This document shows, piece after piece, positions 11,488-27,361 of a DNA stretch of 64,000 nt (within the stretch, counting starts at the first letter, position 1; each line of letters begins with the position of its first letter). The stretch is from Adineta vaga (lineage: Eukaryota; Animalia; Rotifera): positions 7,626,001-7,690,000 of the forward strand of contig CP075492.1 in the NCBI GenBank assembly GCA_021613535.1. The letters run 5' to 3'. The notes beneath the pieces were generated by a model. The model made no database searches and was not told where the DNA came from. It saw nothing but the letters and a program-made list of their open reading frames with translations. The position numbers were made by a program, and so were the translations under genes.

Positions 11488-12567
11488 TTATTTAGTAAAA
11501 TCAATAACAACTTTTCCTCTAACTCGACCAGTATCCAAACGTTCGTACGCTTGTTTAACGTCAGTGCTAAATTGAAATACTGAATCAATAATAGGTTTGA
11601 TAGTACCACTGCTAAGCATTGAAAACATTTGATTTGTATTTGTTTCTGTAGCTGATAGATTAATACAATAATAACGTAGTCCAAAACCAGTCATTGATTT
11701 TAAAGAACGAAAGATCATAGCTGGAGTAAAAAGATAAGAAGCAGCGCCACCAAGAATATCTCGTGACGTTTTATCACCGACGATTGTTAGATAAATTGAT
11801 TGATTTGATTTTAAAAGACCTGAATTCAAATGTGGTATCAATTGTACTCCACCAACGCAATCGAGAATAACATCATATGGTCCATATTGTTTACTTGTCA
11901 ATACAATATCATTTACTGTATAATCGATCACTTCATTAGCACCCATTTCTTTAACAAATTCAATATTTTGTGTTGAACATATTCCTACAACATTTTTATT
12001 CATTGCTCGAGCTATCTGACATGCAACATGACCAACACCACCAGATGCTCCGAGAATAAGTATTTTTTCATCATTTGTCTTATCATTTCGTTGTAAACCA
12101 CCCCAACTATTTAAAGCTGTATAAGCAGTAAGAAAAGCTAATGGCATTGCAGCTGCCTCAACATGTGTTAGATTGACTGGTTTATGGGTCAAACTAGACA
12201 TTGTCGCCGATAATTTTATATATTGACTAAGACATCCATTTCCAGCAATTGATAAATTCAATCCAAATACTTCATCACCTATTTTATATTTAGTAACATC
12301 ACTACCAATTTTATGAATAATACCAGAAAAATCAGCAGCAGGAATTTTTGGTTTAGTAATACCAGAAGCTAATATCCAATTAGCGATCCACTGTGGTATA
12401 TTACCAATTTGTATATCAACAGGATTGAGAGCAATTGCTTTGATTTCAATAATTACTTCGGATGGGCCCAATTGAGTATCAAGAGTAATATTCGTTTGTT
12501 GTAATGTTTGCGTAAGTGGACCTTGTTCATAATAAACCCAAGCTTTTGATTGTATCATTGATTCCAT
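11488..12567 (-). CDS. Zinc-independent MDR/quinone-oxidoreductase-like protein (YIM1/RTN4IP1-like), intronless
   Basis: AIALNPVD, ADFSG...GDEVFG, HKP.NL...EAAAMPL, ILGASGGVG nucleotide-binding loop, GRVRGKVVI. Confidence 0.88.
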   Translation of the reverse strand: MESMIQSKAWVYYEQGPLTQTLQQTNITLDTQLGPSEVIIEIKAIALNPVDIQIGNIPQWIANWILASGITKPKIPAADFSGIIHKIGSDVTKYKIGDEVFGLNLSIAGNGCLSQYIKLSATMSSLTHKPVNLTHVEAAAMPLAFLTAYTALNSWGGLQRNDKTNDEKILILGASGGVGHVACQIARAMNKNVVGICSTQNIEFVKEMGANEVIDYTVNDIVLTSKQYGPYDVILDCVGGVQLIPHLNSGLLKSNQSIYLTIVGDKTSRDILGGAASYLFTPAMIFRSLKSMTGFGLRYYCINLSATETNTNQMFSMLSSGTIKPIIDSVFQFSTDVKQAYERLDTGRVRGKVVIDFTK

Positions 12568-13482
12568 TATTATCTATTTTAGAAAGTGAAGAGAGAAGTT
12601 CTTTATTTATTGAATAAATGATATGATACATTGAAGGACAATGATTCATCGAAAAGGTTTTTACATCAATGTAACACGCTCATGCACTATACAGAACATA
12701 GACTCTGATTTCATACAACAAATGTTTTCATGAGATTAGAAACTTGCTAAAATTGAAATACAGTACACATTTGTTTAATAATTAATTATAAGAACAGAAT
12801 ATAATTCAAAGTTTGTTAAGAAAAAGTCTCTATTATGAGTTTCTCTCAATGATATGGCTTAATTGATTGTTATTCGTATAGTTTCAAAGTTTCATGTACG
12901 CCAAATTTCTCTGCAGGAAGTTCTAAATCTTTCTCTCTCTCTCTCTCTCTAGCTCCTAATTAATACTTATCAAGATGAAAAATAATGCGAAAATGCCAAA
13001 TGAAATTAGCATTATTAAGCTATTTTTCTTTCATTTCTGATCATTGATTACAGCTCATTGAGACAGTTTCCCCAACCATTAATGAAAATGAATTTGAAGA
13101 AATGACTTTTTCAAATAATTAGTAAGTAAGGTATGATTAAATATTCTTTTGACTTTTTTATTCTACATAAACTTCGTATAATATAAATACGTACTTTTAG
13201 TTTAAATTCAGTGTTTTCTAGCGAATCTCTAATTAATAAGATTTTTCGTCTGAACAAATATCTAAAAAGACATGTTAATAAATAGATTCAAAGATTTCCT
13301 TTCTTATTTATCTTTTATTCTCATCAATTATTATCACAAAAAGAGAATCTTATAACTAAAAAGTACAAAACATAAATGAGAAGTATGATATCTTTTACTC
13401 AAAGAAAAAATCTATATAATTCTTCTCTCTTTCTCTTCTCCTCACACATTCCTTATTTCTATTTCCAAAAGCTCATACACAA

Positions 13483-14499
13483 ATGAATATTGCATCAATT
13501 CAAGAATTAACAATTAATATTTCATATTATACACCCTATGCTATTCTTCTTCTCGGTAATATGAATTGTATATGTAACTTTATTACATTTACTACCAAAC
13601 AATTACGATCTAATTCATGTGGATGGTATTTTCTCATGTCTGCTCTCTTCGATTTTTTCTATATTAATTTTGGTTTATTTACAAAATTAGCATCCGAACA
13701 GTATGGTAGTACGTTACAAAATACAGATCTTGCTTGGTGTCGAATGCGTGTATTTTTAACATGGGTTTTGCCATGTTTTGCCACAAGTTATTTAGTTTTA
13801 GCGTCTCTTGATCGATGGTTATCAACATCAATGAATACACGACTTCGAGCATTTAGTCAACTGAGAATTGCGTATCGTATTACACCCATTCCAATTATTT
13901 TACATAGTCTTACAACATCACATCAATTCATTTATTATGATCTTCGACCTAATTGTGCATCATTACCAGGCACTTATGCTTATTTCTTATCGATGTATAG
14001 TATCGTTTGGACAAGTTTAATACCACAAGGTTCTATGCTTCTATTTGGAATTTTAACATATTTAAATATAAGAAAAAGTCGTCAACGTCTTATTCATCCA
14101 ATCACAGATGTAACAAATCCTAATCAACAACAACGTAGTCGAACAGATATACAAATGATTAAAATTACTTTAATTCAAGTCATTTGTAGTTCAATCTTAC
14201 TAAATATTCGAACAGCTTATTATGCATATGTAACACTTTCAACAAGCATATCCAAGGATAATTATCGTCGTGCTGTTGAATCATTAATATTACAAATATC
14301 AAGTTTCATTTTTTATCTTAATTTCAGCAAAAGTTTCTTTCTTAATACTTTATCAAGTAAATTATTTCGTCGAATTTTTAATCAACGTTGCATGATGTGT
14401 TGGTATCGAATAACCTGGTGGAAAGTTCGAGTATTGCCAAAAAATGGAAATCAGACAGATCATACAAGAATTGCAACAATTAATGTACGAGAAAAGTGA
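13483..14499 (+). CDS. Class A orphan GPCR, intronless
   Basis: Seven hydrophobic segments; GN in TM1, LASLDRW at the end of TM3, FFLNTLSSKLFR in TM7/helix 8. Confidence 0.85.
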   Translation: MNIASIQELTINISYYTPYAILLLGNMNCICNFITFTTKQLRSNSCGWYFLMSALFDFFYINFGLFTKLASEQYGSTLQNTDLAWCRMRVFLTWVLPCFATSYLVLASLDRWLSTSMNTRLRAFSQLRIAYRITPIPIILHSLTTSHQFIYYDLRPNCASLPGTYAYFLSMYSIVWTSLIPQGSMLLFGILTYLNIRKSRQRLIHPITDVTNPNQQQRSRTDIQMIKITLIQVICSSILLNIRTAYYAYVTLSTSISKDNYRRAVESLILQISSFIFYLNFSKSFFLNTLSSKLFRRIFNQRCMMCWYRITWWKVRVLPKNGNQTDHTRIATINVREK

Positions 14500-16041
14500 T
14501 TCATGAATAATAAATCGATCATTTCAAAAAACTTATTTAAGTTCAAATAAATATCTCGATTGTCGAGTAGAAAATGATTTACTTTTTCCTTTTATCAGAA
14601 AAACCACTATAGAAATTTCAAACATATAATTAAAAAGTGATACTTGAATGTCGACATAAAACATTCACATGAATAGACTAGTTATCATTCGTTTAACATG
14701 CAGTAAAAGTACATTCATACTTGCTAAATGATATGATTCGAACAAATATAAATTATTCTGTATGTGTGTTTCTACTACTAAAAGATAACATCAACGTCGG
14801 AAATTATTTCTGAATGAATACATATTTAGTTTCGCTTCGATATATAAAGGACAAATAATAGTTGTTTTCCGTAAATAATAGATCAAGACACGGAAATGAT
14901 CTTTTGATAATTATCGATAGATCTCTTTGAACGAATACAAAACATACATAAAAGATTACTATTTGATTTCTAAGTAATGTAGATCAAATATGGATGATAT
15001 ATTTTGATAGAAAAATCTTCCGAATTATTCGTCTAATAATGAATGTTATAAAGTAAGTATTCGTACATCTTTTCCTTGTATAAAATCTTGATTCTTTTTC
15101 CGTTCATCGTTTGATTATAACTTACTAATTTTAATAAAGAGAATCTTTGGAAACGGAAGACGATCTTCGCATAAAATACATATAATCAAAAAGGTTGTTT
15201 CCTCTTCATTTGAACTTGTTAGCCACTCTTACATTTTCATTAGAACGTGGGGGTGGCTAGTTGATCTGTCTCAGTGAGAATATTCAAGAGAAATTTTTGA
15301 GCATGTAAACATGAACATAATTATAAAAACGAAATCATCTTCAATTTAAATAAAATTCAGCATTAGATCACAAAAATCCATGAAACTCATCTTTGGAGGA
15401 TTATTTTTTGTATCTCTCTCTCTCTTAGAATTGAACTATAGATTAATCGATCATTTATTCGAGACAAATGCATTTAATCACGAACATGATCGTTTTTTTA
15501 GAAGAGCTCACTTAAAGAAACGAACTTATTAGCTCCATCACGATCAGTACAAAAACAGTTATTTCAGACTTTTTAACCTTGAGCTATGATATTCTTCCAT
15601 ATAAAAGAAATCTAGGTCAGTTAGATAATTTATCGAACCTTTCTTTGTCTGATTTCATTTAACACAAATGAAACCGAGACTTTGAAAAGAGAATTATTTA
15701 TTTTGATATCAGATAGACTAATTACACACTTGTTCATGTGTGTTTATCGAAAGTAAACTGCTGCGTATGTCAACAAGATCTATTTTTAACAAAGTACTTA
15801 AAAATTTTTATTTTTCAATGTAGAAAAGTATATTGAGGAAATTTTCAATGTTTTATCAACTTTAATTGTATGTTCGTAAAAGATTTAGTTCATTCAATTG
15901 ATAGTACTCATGCATAAGCTTGTATTTCTGTTTCATTCACTTAAGACAGAGGAAAGACAGTTCTATTTATAAAACATTTTTTTTCATTGGAAAACTAATA
16001 ACTTGTTCTCGTGTAATCGATTTATTCAAACGAACAAATAT

Positions 16042-16450
16042 TCAAGTACTCATACTTTCCGGTATGAAGTGACAATCGAGAATTGTGTAAAAGAAAGAAG
16101 AAAAAGAAAGGGAAGCGTCTTGTTTAGGTCGAAGAAATCTTTTGTTCGATTGTCGATAGGCTCGTGCACTCCGGTTGTTGTTTCTGATAATACCTTCAGG
16201 GTAGACTGCCTTGATTTTGTTGATGTCTTTACAGAAGAACGTACGTTGTGTAGAAGATTTACCATCTACTTTCGAAAAGTTATTCCTATTGTATATGTTT
16301 GTATTACATTTTTTTAGCGTGACTTAACATGATTGATGATTTCAAGCGGTTGAAGCTTCTTGTTACTGTTTTTTCTTCTTCTTCTTCTTCTCCGTTTTCT
16401 TCTTCCAATGATGGGCAAGTGTTGATGCTATCAGAATCGCAAGACATCAT
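16042..16450 (-). CDS. Possible small 2-exon orphan gene (~116 aa)
   Basis: Exons 16450-16324 and 16265-16042 join through a 58-nt GT-AG intron into one uninterrupted frame (MMSCDSDSINTCPSLEEENGEEEEEEK...RFLRPKQDAS...). No recognisable domain. Confidence 0.3.
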
Positions 16451-17967
16451 CTCAGTTATCAATGATGGGGAAGAAAAGAAGACTGTTATTCTTGGATTTC
16501 ATCATCTTATCTCATATGCGAAATCAAAACAAAAAATCATTTGTATATATTCATATTTATAAATCATTGATTCATTTCATCGTAATGCATATACTTTGAA
16601 AAAAAGAAACAACAACAACAGAGAACTTCAATTCATTTACTTTCGTCATCATACAACTAGATTTCATGATGTTAATGTTAAATAATTGGCATAGTGTTGA
16701 TTGTTGATATATAACAGCGGAACTTGTCAAAAATATCTTTTCTATATCAATGTTGACAGATAATACTAGTATACGAAGTTATTTCATCAAGAGAAAAAGA
16801 AATGTATATTCTCTTCTAAATTGATTATGCTACAAAGGCATATGTGTTTGTCAATAAGTAGCATACGAGATATAAATATTAATTTTGGGAAACGAAAAAA
16901 AATGGATAAATCAATCAATTGATATAAAACTATCATATCTATTATGTGTAAGTTTAAGTTGATTATCAAATTGACTAGATGTTATTGCCTGAGATTGTCA
17001 CGAGAAGAATTCTTTTATATTTGTGATGGGCACGCATCTTGTCATCTGATGACAGTTAATGCTGATGCATGAGTGATGAATTCAAATACAGTAATATCAA
17101 TAGTCCATAAAAAAGCACGAAGACACTGGAACAGAGAGAGAGACAGACAAACAAATAGACAAAAAAAATTGTCTCCTCATAGTTGGGAAGTACGAACGGA
17201 TGTCTGTATATCTTATGTCTACATATATAGCTTGAGAGAAATAAGTTATTGCTGGTATTATTACCGCTACATTGTCGGTTAGATTTAGAGTTCGGCTTGC
17301 CACTCATATTCTCTCTTTTTCTTTTCCATGTCAGAATTGCTTTTCTCTATTCTTTCTTTTCTCGTCTATATAGCTTGTTGTCTCTTTCTTTTTCCTTTTT
17401 TTTCCTCGTTTTATTCTACTTCTTCTTTCACTCGTTTGCATTCGATAACGTCACGCAAAGACTGTTCGTTAGCTGTGAAAACTCGATTCTTTTTTTTTCT
17501 TCGCTACTATTTTACTATGAGTTCTTTTGTTAGACATGCGCACATTATAGTCGATAATTGTTTTTTCTTCTCTGTAGCCCGTCCTTCATTGTGCGTTCTT
17601 TGTCATTTACGTATGTATCCTCTAATTTTTATTCTATTAAAAAATTAATTAAGCTTTAAACAAGTTGTCCAAAGATGTGACAATTCTCGACTTCTCATTT
17701 TTTATGTTCGTAATCATTAGTAGAATTAATTCGTCTTCTTCTTCTTCTTTCTTTTATTGACAGATGAGAAAATTAGATTTTCAAACGTTTTCTCTTTCTA
17801 TGTACTCGTCGATAAAAGTATCCAATCACTCTTTTTTAGAAATTTACCTAATGGAAAACAAAATGGTTGGAATATATATGATTGACTTGCAACCTTTACT
17901 TTTGTAGATGGATAAGCCATTACTATTCATATGACTATGATATATATAACGACGAAAAGAAATTATA

Positions 17968-18462
17968 ATGCAAATGTCAATTGTTATCGAATTAGTTTTT
18001 CTATTTATTTTTTCAACAAATCGTCTTCGTTCTTCATTTTTTACTCAAGCTGATTCAGCGTCATGTCGCAGACAAGTTGAATGTTTCATATGTGATTCAC
18101 GAGAAAATCAAGCATGCGAAGATTCACGAACTTTTACTCAAAATCAAATACCAACACGTTTATGTGATGATTATTGTTTGAAAGTATGGACACGTGAAAA
18201 TGATACTATTAGTGGAGATGATAAAGTCACTGCATTACGTTATGTTCGACGTGATTGTCATAAAATCTTTCGTTATCATATAAAAAAAGCAGAAACTTGT
18301 TATCAACATAAGAAACATCATACGGATTCGTTTTGTTTATGCAGTTCGGATCGGTGTAATTCATCTATTAATATTCGACTAAAACCTCTCTACTATTGGC
18401 TTTTTTTCATATTTTTTATTTTTTATTGTATCGATGTGTTTTCTTTGGTTATTAATTATTAG
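17968..18462 (+). CDS. Quiver/sleepless-like Ly6 three-finger protein, probably GPI-anchored
   Basis: Signal peptide; ECFICDS....CED, C..YCLK, VRRDC, FCLCSSDRCN cysteine pattern; hydrophobic C-terminus. Confidence 0.78.
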   Translation: MQMSIVIELVFLFIFSTNRLRSSFFTQADSASCRRQVECFICDSRENQACEDSRTFTQNQIPTRLCDDYCLKVWTRENDTISGDDKVTALRYVRRDCHKIFRYHIKKAETCYQHKKHHTDSFCLCSSDRCNSSINIRLKPLYYWLFFIFFIFYCIDVFSLVINY

Positions 18463-18604
18463 TTCGATCAAAGACTGTTGTACAAATAATGAAGAAAAAA
18501 CAAGATGAGTTTAGAACGAGTGAAAAGAAAACGATTGATCTTCTTTTTTCTTTCTGAAAGACAAACGTATAGTACCACCGGAAATTTCTAGAAAAATACG
18601 ATTG

Positions 18605-22522
<3,918 letters not shown>

Positions 22523-22677
22523 TCGATTTGAATTTATCGAACACTTATCTACAATAAGAATTTAATATTTGTTCTTCGAAATATTCTATACAATAGAGAA
22601 TAAAATAACAACGAGATTATCAGGAAAAGAAAAATACATATGACCGGTCCCAAAAAAGAGAAAAAGAAAATGTCAGT

Positions 22678-25600
22678 TTAATTTAAACGAGTATTCAATT
22701 TTTCAGAATGAGCTTGTAATTCAGGAAATATTTGTAGGAGAATTTCATCAAGTATCATGTAAAATAACTAAAAAAAAACAAGATTCGAATTAGAATGCAT
22801 ATATTCTTCAAAAAACAAGTAAGATCTAATAACATACTTGCTTGTTCAGTAAAGGATCTTGAAAATATCGTAATATCATTTGTAAACCATTTTGAATATT
22901 GGATTTTCCAAGAACTAATTTGATTGGTTCTAAAAATAAAATAAATAAACAAACATTTTCAATATCGCACATCCAAATTCATGTGGACGATTACGAGCAA
23001 AATGTACTGAATACTTACTTGGTAAATATTCTTCTGCAGCTGCAACAACATCATCAAAATTGACGTGATCCGTTGGACTAGAATACATTAATCATTGAAA
23101 TCGTTGACAACATTGTATTTACTCTTCTTACCCTTTCTTCTCAGCATCATTTGGAAAAATTGTATCTAAAAAAAGAAATCTCAATGAAACGAATTCTTTC
23201 AAATTGAAAATTCTAACCTCGAAGAGCATGTATAACATCCAGAATATTTTCTTCGTCAGCTAAAATTTCATCCACAGTCTCATCAACAAAATGTGAAAAA
23301 AATGAATTAAATGAATTGTTTAATGGTACTCGAAGTAAATCTAATATATAGATTAATAATGGTGATGCAGAGAAAACTTGTTTTGCTATAATAACAAAAT
23401 AAATCACTTGATTAATCAACAAAATATTCATACCAATGACAATTAGATGATCATAGGCACTCTCATGTTCTTCATTTGTAGATTTTTCTGTTGTAAATTC
23501 AGCGATTGATTCAGTGATATTTGCATTATTTCCAAACATTGTATTTTGTAACTAGAGAAGACAGAAAAAAAAGAGCTCCAGATTTATGTTAAGATTAAAT
23601 CGAATCAATTCATACTTTAGCTTCGATAATATCAGTAAAAATCGGACTTGGTTGTGTTGCTTTTGGTTTTGCTGGTTCAGCATAATTGATTAATGAGATA
23701 AGGAATGGATCAAGATATTGACCTTTCTACATGAATCAATTTAGATTTATGAATAAAAATCAACAAATTTTATCGCACTTCAATACGTAATCGACGTGGA
23801 ACAACTTTGATCATTTTGGCTAAAAAAGATTTTCATTATGAATTTCATGAAAAAGAATATTTAACCATGTTACCTAAAATGATTTCACCATTTGGTAATG
23901 TAAATTCATCAGGTTGTGTTAGAAAATTATACAATAACTCGCTATTACGTAATGTTGGTTTGGATAGTAGATGCTAAAAGAAAGATAACTATATAAATTC
24001 TGTATTTTCTAAAAAAATATAATATACTCTTAGGAAATATTCAAAATCTTTTTTCAATGATTGAAGAAATTCAACACTCCGAGCAATTGTTCCTGATCTC
24101 CTCGGAGGTAGACGTGCATCAGAAAAAACACCATGAAATTCAGTTAATTTTTGTTCTAATAGATAAAAATCGGTATAACGTCTAAAATCAAAACTATAGT
24201 CATATTTTACATCGAACATTGTTAATTTACCTTGCCACAAGCCAATTCGACTTTTCATCGTCTATTGTCATTGGACCATCTAAAGATCGAAGATTTTCAA
24301 TTGATATTCTCAAAAATGAAATGATCATTCTTACTATTAGTTGGGTCTGTTCGTTGTACGACAATCATGAATACACAATATTTTACTTGTGAATTCATAC
24401 TTTCGCGTACTTCTTCGGCATGACTGATTTGTACACGCCATGTATTCAGATCTCTATCATCATATGACTAAATGAAAGTGAGCATGAATAGGAAGAAGAA
24501 AAAGAGACAAAAAGAACGTACACTATTGCTACCAATACTTGCAGTATCTTCAGGACATTTCAAATTTGCATCATCTTTTTCCTCTAATTCTATAACCAAA
24601 TGAAATTTTCATAGTTTTAGAAAACTATTATTCAGTTACGTTGAGAAAAAAGTTTATACCTTGATATGAAGTTGTTGTATACGGTTTCGATGCAGTACGT
24701 TGTCGTGTAGTATCATTAGTATTTCTAAACGGAAGAATAAAAAAAAACTTGCTTTACTCTTTGAACAAATTAACAACACTAAGGATAGATAACAAAGCAA
24801 AATGTATACATAGAAAATATAATAGGGAGATGAAAAATATATATATATATAATTGTGCATGATCAAACCTGATTTCTTCAATATGAACGAAATCTAATGC
24901 GATTTCATCAAAACTACGATAATTTATATGGAGAGAGAGAGAGAAAAAAGAGATAACTGAATCAAATAATTTCAAAAGAAATGAACTAACTTTTGATCTT
25001 TCATTCTATAATCCGGTGAATCCATTCGTCTTCCACATATATAAAGAAAATGTTCATCACTTGAGAGAAAACATTGTTGATATTTTTGTTCGACTAATTC
25101 ATAAATTTTACAATGAAAACGAGATAATAATGTAAATGTATGTGGAACATCGAATGCCTGCATAGAATTATCTGACTTATCGTCTTCTGTACTTTCTGTA
25201 ATTGATGCTTCCAAATGATTGTAGATCAAATCTTTGATATCATTGACTAATGTATCATTTGGATCATGAATATTACTAATGCTTACATGTGCATCGGATG
25301 TTTTCGGATTTAAATAACGTTCATCAATATTTTTTAAACGTTGATAGATTTTCTTTCGAACTAATATGTTTGATGCTGATGGAATATCATTTAAAATATC
25401 CGATAATGTAACATATATACTCAGTAGACCAATTGAACCATGTCGATCAAGTACGCGACTAAATTGATTCAATAATTCTTTTTCATACATAACATCGGTT
25501 AATTCTAAAGCTAATTGGTTCTTATGTAATGGACCATTCATCGTACAAAATCGTGTTAATAATTCAACTGATGAACTTGGTGGGGGAACAATAACATTAG

Positions 25601-26858
25601 ACATGCCATTTCGACGTTGAATAGCTGTAGTAAAATAGAGATGAAATAAACGATTTAATGTATCCGGTTCACAGGCAGCATCAATACCATCAAGTAAAAT
25701 TTGAGAGGCAATAACTTCCGTTAGAAAATGACGAGATCCTTTACATTCATAGATAAATTTTGGTGTAATAATTGGCATGAGATCAAGAATCAGACGTTTT
25801 AAAAATTTCATTTCAGATTGACGATTATACATCGCAATATGAAGATCGTTTTTGTACATTTTTTTCAAAAATTCAATTGATGATTGAGATTCGTCAGCGG
25901 ATGTTGATTTAATAGTTTGAATGTATCGATCAAATGTTTGAAATATAAGTGGAAGAAAACGTTCAAGAAAGAATGCATTTATATCAATCTATAAAAAACA
26001 AAATCAAGAATTCAACGATCTAAACCATTTTCGAAAACGCTTACATTTTGTACTCGACGAACAACTGTAGCCAATAGAAAACGGAAGACATGTTTTGCTT
26101 CATAAACAAGGCTATCATCTTGTGTGATTATTCTAGAATACAATTGAATTGATCTATGAATAAAAAGAAGAATGATTTGAAAAACTTACGATAACCATGG
26201 ATAAATATGATCTCTAAGACATAAACAACAGAACTAAAATGAAATGATGTGTAAAAATATCAAGAGAAAAAGAAAATCGAAAATATACTTCATCAATAGC
26301 TGTATCAATTCGTTTGGAAAGCATCAAATGAATCCATGGATTCTTCTGTATATAGTGACTATTTGCACTGTAGAAACGGAAAGTGAAAATAGTATAGAAA
26401 AAAGATCATTTAAAAGCGATTGAATTACCATTGTTTTTCAACTAAATCTTTTTGTATATCCTTAAAAACAAGATAGGATTAGAAAGATTTCAATAAGTTC
26501 AATATATATACCTTAGTTGGATCGATGAAAACAAGTAAATTTGGCCAAAATCGCGGCGAACTTTTTGAATTATTCAAAGATGATCTATATAACACATTTC
26601 ATTTGATAAAATTCTCAAACAAAATGTATACGTACACATAATAATCAGTTAATTTATAACTAATACCAAGCAACAGAACGAAGATAAGAAGATGAAGTTT
26701 TCTATGTACAAAAAACAATAATAATAAAAAAATAAAATAGTCCTATCATCAATCGCATACCCAAAAAGAAGTAAAATAATGGTCAGAAACGTAATTACAC
26801 ACAAGCCAACAAAGATTCGTTGGTTACCATCTGTCAACCGGAAATTATCTTTATCCAT
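22678..26858 (-). CDS. SNX14: Sorting nexin 14 (TM-PXA-RGS-like-PX-PXC), multi-exon
   Basis: N-terminal TM segments; PXA start PWIHLMLSKRIDTAIDEF...IYPWY; PX RRYTDFYLLEQKLTEFHGVFSDARLP; C-terminal LFYMILDEILLQIFPEL. Confidence 0.9.
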
Positions 26859-27361
26859 CTAAAATATATACAAAAATTCAATACAAAACTATATTCATAA
26901 TATTGACTTTCCTCGATCCACGTGTCCTGTAGTATGTTGTTCTCCGTCAAACCTGATCGAATACTTCGATACATATATATATATACGTACGTACACGATC
27001 AGCATCACCTGTGTTCTTCTCTTTACTCGTAATAACTGGTCGCGCTGTATCTAAATATTTCTCTTAACGAAAAAAAGTATCAGGTTGCAAAACTATGAAA
27101 TAAAACGAAGATGATAAATGCGTTCGATTATTTCATATTATAGATTAAAACGAAAATCAAGAAGAAACACAAATACAAAGGTATGTTACAGCTTGTGTAA
27201 AATTTTATCATAAAATCGGAAATAAAGAATGTTTTTTTTCACTAAAAACAGAAATGGCACGAAATCAACAAGGAAAAACACATTAAATGTTACAATTCAA
27301 AACAAATAAATAAATCTTTTTTTGATTTTTTAAAAAAATTCTATAGACATTCATGTTCTTT

